Assembly (NCBI RefSeq): GCF_964355755.1 | Contig: NC_092679.1 | Location: 12,321,432-12,385,431, forward strand | From: Antedon mediterranea | Taxonomy: Eukaryota; Animalia; Echinodermata | Length of the DNA: 64,000 nucleotides | Direction: 5' to 3' | Shown: positions 1 through 15,000 of the stretch, in pieces | How the letters are laid out: every line of letters starts with the position of its first letter | Position numbering within the stretch: the stretch's first letter is position 1 | Position numbers and translations under genes: made by a program | Notes under the pieces: model-generated | Databases searched by the model: none | Seen by the model: only the letters and a program-made list of their open reading frames with translations | Told to the model about the DNA's origin: nothing

Positions 1-2977
1 GGGTCGTTGATTTGTCCGTAGTCATTGCATTTTGCCGGGGATTCCCCATCATTTAAGTATTTCCGTAGTACCCTATTTATTTATCTTCATTTCCCTACGT
101 CCGTAATATTGGGCCAAATTTCCGTAGTAATTACGGGCGTTCCGAACTTTGAAATAACAGTGTTTAATTGCTTCTTTCTGCAAATTTCTTTCATATTTTC
201 TTTTCTGGAGTGTTGATAATAGGCCTAGTAATTAGTTTGGGGACTTCCTCTGACGTTCGTATTGAACGCAACACAAATGTTATCCTTAGTCGCATTTTTA
301 TCCGAATTATTACTCATTTTGTTTGTATATTATTGACATGATATGATATGTTCATTTATTCTGTGCATGTTAAAATATGTTAAATGCATACGGTATCGCC
401 GCAAATTACTCAATTATTATTTTTATGTTGAGTCTGATATGTTCGTTTTATTTATGCACATGTGTTCTTAAGACCTAAGCTCCATGATAAAGCATTGAAT
501 TACTCCTGTATTGTATTAAAAACTAATCAAATGAAGACGAAAAAGTTTTATTAAATTTATTTTTTTTTATCACTAATTTTCTTCTTGATTCTGCTTCTAT
601 TGATGTGTGAGTTCCTGATATTCCTCTTTACACCTAAGCAATGGAAGGAAAAACGTTTTAATTAAATTTCTTTTTTTTTCTTAGCATTTCTTTTTTCATA
701 GCCAAACTATTAATACGCCGTCTGTACTAAGAGAGTATTTAAACTGTGTCACTGATAGTTGAATTTGTTTTTCGCCAAGACTCCATGATACAACTAAACT
801 GGAATGGAAACAACAAATCTAATAAATGCAAATTGTAGTGGAATAACGTTAAGAATGATAACACTGTAATGGTAGTAATAGTCATAAAACATACTATACA
901 ACAAAGCATGAGATGCGATAACTAATAGCAAAAACAATAGCACGGTCTAAAATACGCGTGAATGGCGGCGCGGCGCGCCATAGAAATCTATTGTGGCCGA
1001 AACTGTCTGTGGCCGAAACGGTCATATGCCGTTAGTATTAGGGTAGGCCTAGGCGTTATAGCCTTGCTAGGCCTAGGATTGTTTGGTTGTTTGTTGACAT
1101 AATTAAAGATGTATTTTCCCTTGAAACACAAAAAATGAAGGTCAAATATTATAAATTTAAATTGGCCATATTAAAATAATATTAAAGTTATTCAGTTAAA
1201 GTCGAAAATTCGACCCAAAAACCTAACCTAATTAACAGGTAAATTAATTTGATTGCATTTCGTCTGGAAAATTTTCGCGAGCGAAAGTAACCAAAGATTT
1301 CAAACCACGAGTATGCATTATGCATGATGCTAATTAGGATTTTTTACAACTCACAACAGTTGACAAGGTGTTTAATAATTTAAATGTTAAAGTAGTAATA
1401 ATAACTAATCTAACCCCGGCAAATACTAGTAATCTGACGTGAACCAAAAACAAAAACGAATAGCACATATTAATTGTTACTATTTTCAATGACAGCTCAA
1501 TCATCCCAGAGAATGTCGTGCAACAGACAAATAAAATATCTCTATACGAGCACGTTAAAAATGACAATATGCACACATTAAGTGCCCAAAAGTGCTGACA
1601 AATTTCTTTTCCATCCCTTTTTAAAATGCAAATACTCTTTAGAATGGAAGATGACCTCAAAATGTGTAACTTATTACGAAAGCCAATGAGTTGTAAATAT
1701 GAATTCATGTGCATATTAGACGTACAAAATGGTATGACGTCACCATTTGGCCACATGAATTTTTAAAATAGAGTTTTTTCACCTTTTGTCATAGATAATC
1801 ACCTTCAAGAGTGCATTTCGCTAATCTGTGCTCAATTTTCGCTCAAATTTTATTATATGCTTGCTAAAACAATTATCTTATTCTCTTTTTATCAGTAAAA
1901 TTATGAAAATGGTGTCTTATAATTCGTCAAAGTAACAAATATTAAATTCTACTTATTTTTTGGTTTTGTGTTTTACGTGACAATGTTTGACTTCTTGTAA
2001 AAATCCACTATTAATGGTAATTTTCTTCTTGGTTTAATTAGTTATTTGTTATTTTCTATGCAACATTAATAGAAATAATTGTTTATAAAATTAAATGAAA
2101 TAACAAAAATGAAATTAGCTAATTTGTCCAGGTTTTACGTGACAATGTTTGACTTCTTGTAAAAATCCACTATTAATGGTATTTTTCTTCTTGTTAATTT
2201 CTATGTAACAATAGAAATATTTGTTTATAAAATTATTTATAAAATTAAATGAAATAAACGAATGAAATTGCTTTTTAAGATAGTGTTACAGTACATTTAC
2301 CTTGATTAGCTAATAAAATCAAACCAATTTAATGCTTTACTAAATGTATAGACTCAGTATTTGATATTACATGTTATAGGCATCAATAGGGATTACCACC
2401 AAGAGATTTAATGGTGTTTCTTGGTCACCTAGAACTTCTCAAATTATTGATTCTTACATTATTATTAAACTTCAAGGCCAGGTGCGGCCAAAACATTTCT
2501 ATTGATCATACATTCCAATAATTATCGATCAATAGTTTCCCCTATGTTTCATTATTTTTGGCATTTTATTTTTGTTACACGAACTTGTTGAAAATAAGCA
2601 CTTTCTTATCAGTGTAGGGATAGTACAAATTTTGTAAATAGAGAGGCATTTTTAAAAAAAAGCTATACAAAATAAACAGTTTAGTAAAAAATGTTATCAG
2701 ATGACTAAATATAGGTAATATAACGTGAATTTTACTTTTTTTTTTATTCAATTTTAGAATTTTATTTTTATGCTATAGCAAAAATTATCCACCGTACATC
2801 CATCATCTTTTTTCACCTTTTAGGGAGTCACCAGACATGTTATTACATTAGGTTAAACTACATAACTACTGAAAAAAAGTTTTTATGGCAGAATTTTGGC
2901 AAATATTTGATTTATGTACAAATTACCAGATATTATATTTAAAATTCATGCCTGTATCTAAGCTTTAAGGTTTGTCT

Positions 2978-3117
2978 ACACTATCAAACTGTATGTGTCA
3001 AAAAATGTGATGTGCCCATATATGGACATGATGATGTCATATCACTAACATATTTAAGCATAGCACTACCATATAAGGGCACATCAAACTTTTTTGACAC
3101 ATAGAGTTTGATAGTGT
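2978..3117. mobile_element. Palindromic MITE-like element
   Basis: acactatcaaact..atgtgtcaaaaaa..tgatgtgccc mirrored by gggcacatca..ttttttgacacat..agtttgatagtgt. Confidence 0.6.
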
Positions 3118-3459
3118 CAATTCTTTTATAGAGACACACTCTTTTCTATCAGAGTTAAAATACAATCTTGCGGTTTAGTTGTTTCATGTGTGAATAAAAC
3201 AAAAGATAGAGGCCTATATTCTTTGCTAACACCTATCAGAGTAATAAGAGGAGGAGTTCCATTGGATGGTTGTAACTCAGATATGATGATTCAGATCAGC
3301 CACATTAAAAACTAAAAATTGAATAGAAAAATGACCTTAATATAATGACAAATTAAGCCAAACTATGAATAATTTTGTATATCCTAACACTTGATTTTGC
3401 CTAAAAAATATCAGTGAGTTTTTCCCACCATAACACACGTCAAACTTTATACATTTTAG

Positions 3460-6382
3460 AGTGGTTGATGGGGGACTGTGGCAACATTTCACAATTTTAT
3501 CCTGTGAGTGGTGAATATGTGATACAACCAAGTGACGGAGGACCACAAATTAATGTGTACTGTGATATTAGGGAAGATGGAAATTGGACGGTAAGACAAC
3601 AGTTATCAAGAGTAAACCCATCTTTATTAATTATTCTATAACACACAAACAAAAACAAAATGTATCCATCATCATTACTATAAGGACTACCAGGGATCAG
3701 CATGGACAGAAAACATTTATTATAGAGAACAATGTTAATGATTTGGGAGATAAGCCTTTACCAGCAACAGTGCGACGTTACAGAAAATTAAGTTGAAAGG
3801 CCAATGATTTATACTAATGTTCCAAATCATGCATACTAAGCACCAAGAAGCAACTTAAGTGTAGTCAAATGATACACTATTGACTTAGTGTACTTTAATC
3901 GTAATAATACTGACCAGGTTCTCATTTCATTCAGTTCTATTTATGCTTGTTCAGTAAAGTAGGCTAGAGTATATATATATAACTAAATCTTTTTATGATC
4001 AGGTGATACAGAGAAGACAAGATGGATCAGTTGATTTCTACCGTAATTGGACAGAATACAAAGAGGGTTTTGGAAATGTGAACACAGAGTTCTGGCTTGG
4101 TAATGAACAAATCAACCGTTTAACAGCTGATGGAAATTTTGAGCTAATGGTAGAAATGACAGATCACTTGAATGTAACAAAGTTTGCAAAATATTCCCAA
4201 TTCCATGTTGGTACTGAGGACTCTAACTATGTTTTGACAATCAGTGGATACACAGGAACTGCAGGTTAGTATATTCAATCAATTTTATCTGAAGAAAGTA
4301 AACAAAGAATTAACATTGATACTTTTAGCACTCCTACACTCTTTGTAAGTTGCAGTAAAAATAGTCTATGAACTACTCACATACTGTATGTTTTTCTTTT
4401 ATTTATCACATTTGAAGTGTATAATAAAATTAATGTTTAGAATTACAACTGCTTAAATAAATGATAAGGACATTGACTGGGACAGAACCTAAAACATGTA
4501 CTGTACCCAAGGTTCCTAAAGTTTAGGGTAATAATTTGTAGCGTGAAATAGAACATAGATAAATGAGGAACCCATGTTAAAATGTAATAGTATTATTATT
4601 CAAGTTGACAATTTTCTAGTGTTTTCTAATCAATATAACTCTCCAGTGGGAACACGTTTGTTTAATGAATTTGTTTACATATTAATCTATTTGCAAATAT
4701 TGTAGAAAACATCAAGTAAAAAGATAGAAATCAAATTTCACCAAGGTATTTGGAACTTATTTAGGTTAGAAATAAAAGAAACTGATTTCAAATGAATACT
4801 GTAAATGGAAATATTTTCGCATACAGAATGATTCGCTTAACTACTTTCTTGACGTTTTCGCGTATTGATATTTTCACAGATTTCATTTTAGTCTAGGCCT
4901 AAAGTAAAGTATAAAAGTGTCGACACGAGCTATCATATTAACTTCCTATTATTATAGCTGAGGCCCATACAGTGGGCCTTAAGGTCTAGCCTACATTCCG
5001 TATTCACAGTACTACAGTAGTAAATTAAAAACAAATGTTTCTATATTTGTTTAGTCCTTTTTATATTCACAAAACTTCCAATAAACTAACTGCAAAAGTA
5101 TCTTGAAAATATTCTTTTTTCAAACCAATAATTAGTTTTTACTAATTATTGGTTTGAAAAAAAGAATATTTTCAAGATACTTATACCTACAAACCAGATG
5201 AACATTTTCAATCATAACTGCAAAAGTGTCGATCACTGCTGCAGTACTGAGACAGTACCGTAAGAATCTGTAGCTTTTTTCGGTTTGCATGTTGTTTACA
5301 TTCAACCCAAAATCTGCGAAAATTAAACCATTGCAAAAATAACGGCATATAAAATGTACAGTGTATTATGCAACATACTAAAGCTGAAAAAAGTTGGACC
5401 AACGTTAAGAAAAGCTCCTAAAAACATCTGAAAAATAGAACAAAACAGTTATAATAATGATATTATAATCTAATCTATTATTATAATCTAAATTGTCTAT
5501 AATGTAAATTGTTGGATGGCCTTCCCACTTCAAAATTCTTTCTTATAGGCCTGAAACAAATCTAACAACATTAAAATGTTCAAATGCACTCATGGTACAA
5601 CTTATCTATTCTGTAATGGAACAACTCTCAAGGTCAAATGACATTTGATCATTTTACTTCAGCAACTACATTTGTTTTAATGTAGGCATATATGAGGAAG
5701 TCGAGGCAACAGTATGTGTATAATTAATATCCAAACAAGCTTGCTAAATAATTGCACAAACAGGTTAAAGAGTGAGTAAAATATAATTACTGCCAGTAAC
5801 TACAGAATTATAGAATTTTCTACCCAAAACAATTTTTTTGGTAAAATCAGACAAAACACAGTGAAATTAAAAACAAATTAAATGTAATTAAATAATAAAA
5901 AATACTATTTATAGACCTAAATTGTGTTTATGATTTAATGTATGGCAATTTGACAAAAAAAATTAAATATGTTAATAAATTACAAATTATAGGATATTTT
6001 ATTATTTCTATTTTCCCTTTTATATCAAATACCTTTTATTTTATTTTTAATACAAAGAAAAACAAATATTTAAAATGAATTTTAATTTAAAGATATATGA
6101 AGTAAACTAAAGATGATATGTTTTGTTTGTTTAGGTGATTCTTTGGCATACCAAAACGGTCAACAATTTACAACGTATGATACAGACAATGATAAGCACA
6201 GTGGTAACTGTGCTGAGTTTAACAAAGGTGCTTGGTGGTACAAAGACTGTGGTTCTTCAAACCTGAATGGCCTTTACCTTACACCAGGTACAGCTGATTG
6301 GTCAGGCATCATCTGGTGGTATTTCCATAAAAATAGAAACAGTCTCAAGAAGACAGTGATGATGGTTAAAAGAGCACCATAA
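3460..6382 (+). CDS. Fibrinogen-related domain (FReD) lectin, paralog 1; exons 3460-3590, 4003-4264, 6135-6382; 5' exon not found in window
   Basis: Motifs DCG..VYCD..GNWT / [29 protein letters not shown] / FTTYD.DND..NCA..GAWWY..C..SNLNG. GT-AG junctions have the same phases (1, 0, 1) as paralog 2. Confidence 0.9.
5096..5182. repeat. Near-perfect 87-bp inverted repeat in a FReD intron
   Basis: aagtatcttgaaaatattcttttttcaaaccaataattagt / actaattattggtttgaaaaaaagaatattttcaagatactt. Confidence 0.8.
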
Positions 6383-6389
6383 GATAGTT

Positions 6390-6512
6390 GTCATGATTCA
6401 AACATGAATGGCTTTACCTACACCAGATACAGTTGATTACAATGGCATCAACTTGTATACTTTTGATAGAGGCCTTAAGACAACAGTGATGATGGTTAAG
6501 AGAGCAGCACAA
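6390..6512 (+). pseudogene. Decayed duplicate of the 3' part of the last FReD exon, directly after the paralog 1 stop codon
   Basis: Sequence tcaaacatgaatggctttacc...gattacaatggcatcaac...ggccttaagacaacagtgatgatggttaagagagcagca matches 11911-12034 with small indels. Confidence 0.8.
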
Positions 6513-9122
6513 AATAATCAGAATCTGTAATTATTGAATAATTTGACTTATGAATAATATATAGGAATAACGAAGATTCCTCTTTTGTTTCTTTTAGCTA
6601 TTATCCATTTGGAATTATCATTAAATAATTGTATTGTTAAATAACAGCTCGTTATCTAATCCAAATGTTACAGAATTAATAATCGAATATATTGTCATAT
6701 CACTTGTGATTTGTTTAAACATTATTAGTATTTTAATTTATATAATAATATAAATATTATGTAAACTTTCATTAGGCATACAAAGATTAATAACAGTTAT
6801 TTTTTTAAATTTTATTATTATTTGAATTTATGCTATAACTACATATATAATAGTAACATTAATATTAATTGTTTTTAATTACAAAATAACATTAAATTGA
6901 TATTCAATCAGTGTATCCTTTCATTACTGATAAATTAGTAGTTTGTAAATCTAACTTTAGGAGTATGATTTTTAGTCTATATTGAATCTTGTTTTAAAGT
7001 TATTAAAAATGAAATAAAAACATATAATGAATGTGTATGTATTTTTTAATGTAAAGATGGCTTTTTTAAAGATATTAACAATCAAACAAAAAAACTCCAA
7101 CATTGGATCTTCATAATAATTGTTTTGGAAATTCACTAAAATTTACTTATTTATGCAAATACGAGGGGGTTTATTCAGATATGAATACAAACAATATACA
7201 TACAAATATATTATTCACCAACTGTTCTAATACCACACACGTGAGACCAAAGACGATCAATTATTAATTACATTCTAAGTGCATGTATAGAGGTAATTGG
7301 CAAGTTACTCGATGTTGGATGGAGATGAAATAAAAAATAAAAATGGCCTTCTATCAAATAAAGCGCGTCGTATTCTTCAATACATATCAACAATATAGAT
7401 GGATATAACGTTTTAGTATCATTTTGATTTTCGATTTCGATTCTTACTGTTTCAGTATATTTTATTTTATTCGTCATTATAATCAATGCATTAAAGAGAA
7501 AAACGAAATGCATCACCAAAGCGGTTACTAGGGAGAGAATGTGAATTTATTAATTATCGCAAGAAGCTTTCTCAAATAATGTCGTCGTTATCACAGTTGT
7601 TCAGCTGTGACGTTTGACTACACGGCCCATCTGAATTGAAAGAAAGAAGACAAACACCAGGTGCTGGAAAACATTTCTATTGGCCATACATTCCAATAGT
7701 TATCAATCTATAGTTTCCCCTATGTTTTATATTTGTATATTAATATCAATCCATTACTTGTTGGTCAAGTTAGTGAAAACCAAACATGTATGATTTACCC
7801 TTCAAACTTGAAAATTTTGATACCATTAAGATTTTTGACTTGAAAGCTATGTAAGATATTGTTGCTGGAGAGAATCGACGTACCTATTTAAATAATATTT
7901 GTTTTGTCAGTCATCAAAATAGATTGATACAGCTAATTCAATATAGGAAAATAATTATGTGTTTGTTTAATTTATCTTCATCACATAATGAATTATACAG
8001 TTCGTAAATTCTATACTTATATATATAATTTATTGGAGATAAACACGTTTTCTTATGTTTTATGTCTCCTAAAAAAGAGTCGAGTTCATTTAATATTGGA
8101 AAATTGAACAAATTATTGATTGTAGTGGCCATATATTTATATCTTGTGTTTACTACAGAATTGTTTATCCAGACTACTGAAATTATTTATGTTATTAAAT
8201 ATTTTAACTGGTCAGAGTTTTAAAGATGAGAAAAAGAAATGGCACAGAAATTCATGATTATCACAGCAAATGTACCACTTTTCTGTCTGGATTCAATTAC
8301 ATTTTTTAATATAATTTATGTTTTAATGTTTTTTTATGAGGAAGTGCATACAGAAAAAAAGAAAAGATTCGATTGGAATACGTAGGACTTGCAAATAAAA
8401 ATTATAACTGGACACCCATTATGAATTGTTGCAGGTATTGAATCAGATCAGGTGCTTCTCAATAAAACAGAAATAAATTAAATATTTTTAGAAAGTAATC
8501 TGTATTTTAATTATTGTAATTTGAACACCAAAAAATGCGTCTAAAAAAAAGAGCATGTATATCTTCATGATTTTTCATACATTATTATTTTATTTATTTT
8601 ATTCAATCTCATTCAACAGCGGGAAACCCGCCCCTTAAAGAATAGAATAAAATATACAAGGGCTAGTGTTGCCCGAAAGCTATGCTAACTTTTCTGGCTG
8701 TTTACTTTATCGTTTTGATTTAGCTTTTCGCTTTTTATTTTTGTATTTCCATTGAGATCCAGCCACTGATACCCACAGCATTGTCATTTTTTTCAGTAAT
8801 TTGCCTTTATATATATATATATATATATATAAATGTTCGGTTCAATGTAACCTTAAGACCTAAACATTACAAAGTTATACAATCTTATGTAAATCATATC
8901 TTACACTCAGCATGTTGATTGGTGCACACTGACATGTCTATTGATGTGGTTGGATAATGGAGTATCAACTCTGTCTTCATATACATATAAGATGAAAATA
9001 TAGTTCGTACCACAATGTTAAGAAACTCATTCAGGCGTACGTCGAGCATTTGAAGACGAATTGTAGATTTTATTGGCACGATAACCGTTTCATTCGTCAA
9101 TACATAATTCTAAAACGTCGCA

Positions 9123-12037
9123 ATGCTAACTTCAACTTTAATAATTTTCTTTCTTCTGCTCTTTGTTGTCGGTGATCTTTCGATCAATACATATGATTAT
9201 ACGGTTATCCTAGAGGGGCATGCTTTTGAAGGTTGGAGTTACGAGTTGAAGAATATACACAAACTAAATTGTTTGCTGGAATGTTCCAAGAAATCTGATT
9301 GCTTGTCGGTTAACTATAACCAGAAGGATCGTGTTTGTCAAATCAATAAGCAAATACTGGAAACGTCATCAGTTGAAAACAACATAATTCAAGCGCCTGA
9401 ATTTTGTTACATTGAAAGGAGTAAGTATACAATTTTGCAAACTTATTAAAGATGTATTGTCCCTTGAAACACAAAAAAATGATGGTCAAAATATTCTAAA
9501 TTTAAATTGGCCATATCAAAGTAATATTAAAGTTATTCACTTTAAGTCGAAAATTCGAGCCAAAACAACAAGTTTACGTAAATAACAGGTAAATTAGTTT
9601 GATAACATTTCGTCTGGAAAATTGTCGCGAGCGAAAGTAAACAAAGATTTCAAACCACGAGTACGCATATTGCATATGCTAATTAGGATTATTTACAACT
9701 CGTCACAGTTGAGAAGGTATTTTCACACAGATCGTAAAAAAGTTTTATGAAATATGCATACAGAGTAGCGAAACAAGCACGTTTCATTATGGGATATGTT
9801 TTGATGGAAAACTTTGACTGGAAGTCAAAGTTATTTTTTAAACAAAAAAACGTCTGTATTTTAGTTAAATGATTTTTTTTTCGACAAATTTTTGGTGATA
9901 GTTAATAACTATTATGATACTTCAAAATGACCCACCTTTTTTCGAAATCTTTAATTTTTTAATTTTTTGGGATTAGTCAAAGGGACAATACATGGATTCT
10001 TTATATAGAGGTTCACATCAATGTTGATTGGTAGTGATATTTTGTTGCTGTTGAATTTGCCTAGGAAATGTTCTCTATTTTTCCCAATAATATACCAGTG
10101 TGATCTTTTTTTTAAACAACAATCTTTTTTAATTTTTTTTATTTTAGAGAGTTTTATGAGGGACTGTGGTGACATTTTACAATATAATCCTTCTGCTAAT
10201 GGTGGTGAATATGTGATACAACCAGGTGATGGAGAACCAGAGATTACTGTGTACTGTGACATGAGGGAAGATGGAGGTTGGATGGTAAGTATACAGTAGG
10301 CAACAATTTATTCAAAGAAATTAGAAGTACCGTTGATCCAACATCACTGCCACAGCTTACTAATTCATTACTAAAACAGTGCCAGGGACAGAAAACACTG
10401 ATATGGCTTTAGAAGCATAAACATAACTGCGGAAACTTTCAGGTTGACAAATATGTTTTAGTTTTAACCGAAAGAGCGACCATTATATACTAATGTTCCA
10501 AAACTTGCATACTAAGAACCAACAAGCAATTTATTATTACTGGCAGTTAGGTTCTCATTTCATTCATTGCTATTTACGCTAGTTGATGGGCCTGTCATCA
10601 CTGTTTTAGTAAAGCTAAAGTAGAGTAAAGATTACTTTCTTTTCATTATCAGGTGATACAGAGAAGACAAGACGGATCAGTTGATTTCTACCGAAATTGG
10701 AAAGAATACAAAGAGGGTTTTGGAAACGTGAACACAGAGTTATGGCTTGGTAATGAACAAATCAACCGTTTAACAGCTGATGGCGAATTTGAGCTATTGA
10801 TAGAAATGACAGACCACTTGAATGTAATGAAGATCGCAAGATATTCTCTCTTTCGTATTGGTACTGAGGACTCTAACTATGTTTTGACTATCAGTGGATA
10901 CACAGGAACAGCAGGTTAGTATATCTTTAATCAATTTAAACAAGCATATTGTAGGGTTTCTTATGCATTCTTAATCAGGTACAAAAGAAATAATTATAGA
11001 ATCTTAATCTACCTAATGAAATAAAGTTATAATACCTTCTTATGTATTAAACAGGTGTTTTATTGATAATGGAAAAAAAAAGTTGGGTGGGGAACTGAAA
11101 ATCCGTGTACCTTTTAATGAACAGTCTATTTACTTGCATACTGCATGTTGTAATTTAAGTATAATAACTATGACCAATAAAACCTTTAAATGTAAGGTTT
11201 TAAAACTGGAGTTCCGTGTACATATCTGGCTCGTGTACACTCAAAAGAAACCAGATCATCTTTCAAGAGTGGGTGTAGGTGTTCTTATCTGATCCATTCA
11301 GACCCTGTCGTTGTGGGCAGACGAACGGGCACCGTTTGGTGGCAGCACACGACACGAAAAGACACTAAGGGGAGAAAAAAGTTATAGCATGTGTCGTCCA
11401 CACTAGTTAGGCTACAAGTCAAGCCACATTTACATTTACATTTCACATTTATTACATTTACAAAATATAAACAAAAATATTTAAAATAAAACAACCATAT
11501 GATATTATAACAGTTACGAGAATTAAAACAATTTAAAATAAATAAAATAGAGAAACAAAAATAATATTTATAATTGCGTTATGATTTAAGTTATGGCATA
11601 CAATTCTTTTACAGACAAATTTAAATCAATATAAAATAAATTACGAATTGTAGGTTATAATTATAAAATTATAATATTCACTTTCATATATCTTTTTGTT
11701 TATAATTCACAAACACAATTATTAATTTAAAAATAAATGTGAATTTAAATATTTATAAAGTAAACTAGATTATCTAATATTTGTTTGTTTAGGTGATTCT
11801 TTGCAATCGTACCACAATGGTCAACAATTTACAACGTATGATAGAGACAACGATAAGAGAAGCAGTAGTAACTGTGCTGAGGCTTATAAAGGTGCTTGGT
11901 GGTACAATGACTGTTATTATTCAAACCTGAATGGGCTTTACCTTACACCAGGTACAAATGATTACAATGGCATCAACTGGTCTAATTTTAATAATGGCCT
12001 TAAAACAACAGTGATGATGGTTAAAAGAGCAGCATAA
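9123..12037 (+). CDS. Secreted PAN/apple + fibrinogen-related domain protein (ficolin/FIBCD1-like), paralog 2; exons 9123-9420, 10148-10284, 10653-10914, 11793-12037; 313 aa
   Basis: Hydrophobic N-terminus, PAN-type pattern CLLECS...CLSVNY...CQIN, then a full FReD. The four exons sum to 942 nt in one open frame with canonical GT-AG sites. Confidence 0.92.
9450..9992. mobile_element. Non-autonomous TIR element (Kolobok-like: TTAA-flanked, AGATGTATTGTCCC terminus); partial second copy at about 1107-1375
   Basis: ttaa|agatgtattgtccctt on the left and inverted aagggacaatacat on the right. The first ~270 bp recur at 1107 with different flanks. Confidence 0.6.
11225..11462 (+). mobile_element. 5'-truncated SINE-like element with an (ACATTT)n tail
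   Basis: GC-richer block inside an AT-rich intron, ending in acatttacatttacattt; absent from the equivalent intron of paralog 1. Confidence 0.5.
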
Positions 12038-15000
12038 CAAAATAAGAATCTGTAATTATTGAATAATTTGACTTTTGTTTTTTAGCTATTATAGGCCTAT
12101 ACATTTGGAAATATCATTACATAATTATATTATTAAATAATATAGCTAGTTATTTATTCTAAATGTTATAAATGAATAATAGTGATATTGTCATATCACT
12201 TGTTAATTATTAATTAATATAATATATTAATACGCTATTATATGTTTTAAATATATTAAAAATCAAACAAAACAACTCCAACATTGGATCTACATAATAA
12301 TTGTTTTTGGAAATCATAAATTTACTCATGCAAATAATGAGGGAGTTTTATAAATTAAAAATATTATTCACCAACTGTTCCAATACTACACACGTGAGAC
12401 CAAAGACGATCAATTATTAATTACATTCTTAGTGCATGTACAGAGGTAATTGGCGAGTTACTCGATCTTGGATTTCTATTGATCATACACTCCAATAGTT
12501 ATCAATATAGCTTTCCCTTATGTTTCATATTTGTTGGAATTTTATTTCTGTCACATGATCTTGTTGAAAATAAGCACTTTCTTATCAGTGGTGGTGGTGG
12601 GGTGGTTTGTGGGGGATAGTTCACATTACACAGTGCTTGGTCTGGGAAAAGCGCTGCATAGTACAACTTAATATTAGGCCTATATGAAAAAAAGATTTCA
12701 TTTTCTACACTACGATATTATTATATTCCAAACTTCGTTGTCCTACGTCCCATGTAGGCTAGCCTGAGTGGCCTATAACAAGCCAATAAAATTAAGTTTT
12801 GAACAAGAAATATTTCTTACAAAAAAACGCTGCTCGCTTATTGAAAAAATATTTTTTATTTCAAATGTTTTTGAATGTGTCATTTTATTGTCACATAATA
12901 GTTATTTTACCTGAAAAAAATGTAATTTAAAGCAGCAAATACTTAAATTGTCTGTCAGACAATGGTTTTGGGGTTTCTTTTCTTTTTTTATATGTGAATA
13001 AATAGGCCTATTATTTTTTTGTTACAGAAGTGAATACTCAATTTCTGTCACTTTAGTTAATTTTATTGCTAAGGTCAAATCTGGGGGTCACTTCATCACC
13101 CTAGATATTTCAATTGTGAAGTATCCTATTACAAACACAAACTTTAATGGACTTTCGATAATAATTCAATGAATATCTGACAGTGAATATACCAGAAATG
13201 CTTAGGGATTTGTAATTTTTTTTAATGTCCTAATAGACTCTTTCCCAGACGTTTTTTGGGTCTACTGTAGCAGCTGGAATCAATAAATCATAGTGGAGTT
13301 TCCATTTTCACAAAACTGTCTGTCCTTAGAACTATAACTGCTGCTTGCTTTAGCTTCTGATTGAGTAGTCCTAATGGGACGTAATAAATTATATAATAAT
13401 ATAGGCCTAGGCCTAAAACTAAATTAATAATTTATTACATAGCGCCCTCTGTAGTTCTCTTTTTCGTCGCGCTGGCTACACATGTAAATTAATAATAACA
13501 CACAAAAAAGGGCTGCTAGGACTGGGTTTTGGGGCGATTCTTTTTAATCGTATGTATAGCTAATACTAGACATGTAACTCGTCACTTTGACGAGTTTGGT
13601 TATCCACCGCGCAAGTGGTGCAACATTAACACTAAGGGGTTAGGTTGAGGACAAAAGGAAGTGTTCACGTTGGCATTATGACCTGAACTGAAGAATATGA
13701 TATGTTTGTTATTGCTGAATTTTATTATTTAAATTCATATATAGTATACACAGTATAATCTGTATCCATATCACATACAGTGTAGAATAGGTGAAATTAC
13801 GGGACCCGCTATTTATTGCAATTTTTAACATGTTGACGGTTTTAAAATGAAACGCGAAGATAGCAATTCCGAAAGGAAATTATCTCAGCAACAACGTATT
13901 AGCGTGTAGAAGAAATTTGAATACGTGAAATATTGATGCGCGCTCTTTTAAATGTAATGAATTATGACGCAAAAGATGAAAATACGACCTTTTTTATTTA
14001 ACTGGCCATATAATGACGTCACAACATCCGATTGGCAACATTTTTACATAATTTCGTATCTACAATCCAATAGCTTCCAGAAAAAGTTTTAATCGTGATT
14101 ATCACATTTTATTCTTTCGAGCTATAACAGATTAAAATTTACTGTAAAGATGAAATTGATGCCACACGTGATTTAAATTTTTAGGCATGATGACGTCAAA
14201 AAAATTAAAATATTTTTAACTCATGCGAAAGATAGTTGATTGACCTAGACAATATCAAAATCGGGGTGAAAATGGAAATCGGATAAGTGGAGATGCGCTC
14301 TATTCAATGTGATGAGCTATGACGAAAGATACAAAAATCCTAAATTTTATATTCGCGTGGCCATACGATGACGTCACTATGTCCGGTTAGCCATATTAAT
14401 ACCTGATCCGATATCTACAACTCATCTACTTCTAGAATATGTCATCCACAAAAATTTGACCGTCTAGTTTAGAAATTACGACTGTTTAAAAAAAGGCATA
14501 TTTTAAACGAATTTTTTAACCTTTTCATAAAAAACGCGCGCAAATTGTCCAATTCGACGTGCTCGTATGACGTATCTTTAAGTCGAAATTGTTTAAAATT
14601 TGGTAAAATTACTAGAAAAGGCTGGAAAAACATAAATTACGCGAATAAAATACGTTTTCGATGCTACGTGCGCACCGCACACGTAAAAATGTGCGCACGC
14701 GTGGGAATTGTTGACATGCTTAAAACGACATGAAACGCGTAGAAAGTTGATTATAAATTAATTTTGCGCATTTTGAAATTTTATATGCGCGTGCGCGCGT
14801 AACTTTGTGTAAAACACGCAATTTTTTTTCAACAGAAAGTTAGCGCAGGATATAAATTAAACTTTTGCAAAGTTTCAAGTTGAAATGTTATTTGGTTGTC
14901 GAGCTATGTTAAATACGACAAAATCGTTAAATCGCGCGTAAGTCACGTTGCGCAATTGTAAAAATCATGAAAAGCTTCGCTGCACATCTTCATGTGCACG

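Noticed and set aside
1334-1756. 140-aa minus-strand ORF
   Set aside because: No recognisable motifs, composition typical of AT-rich non-coding DNA, and it overlaps a repeat fragment.
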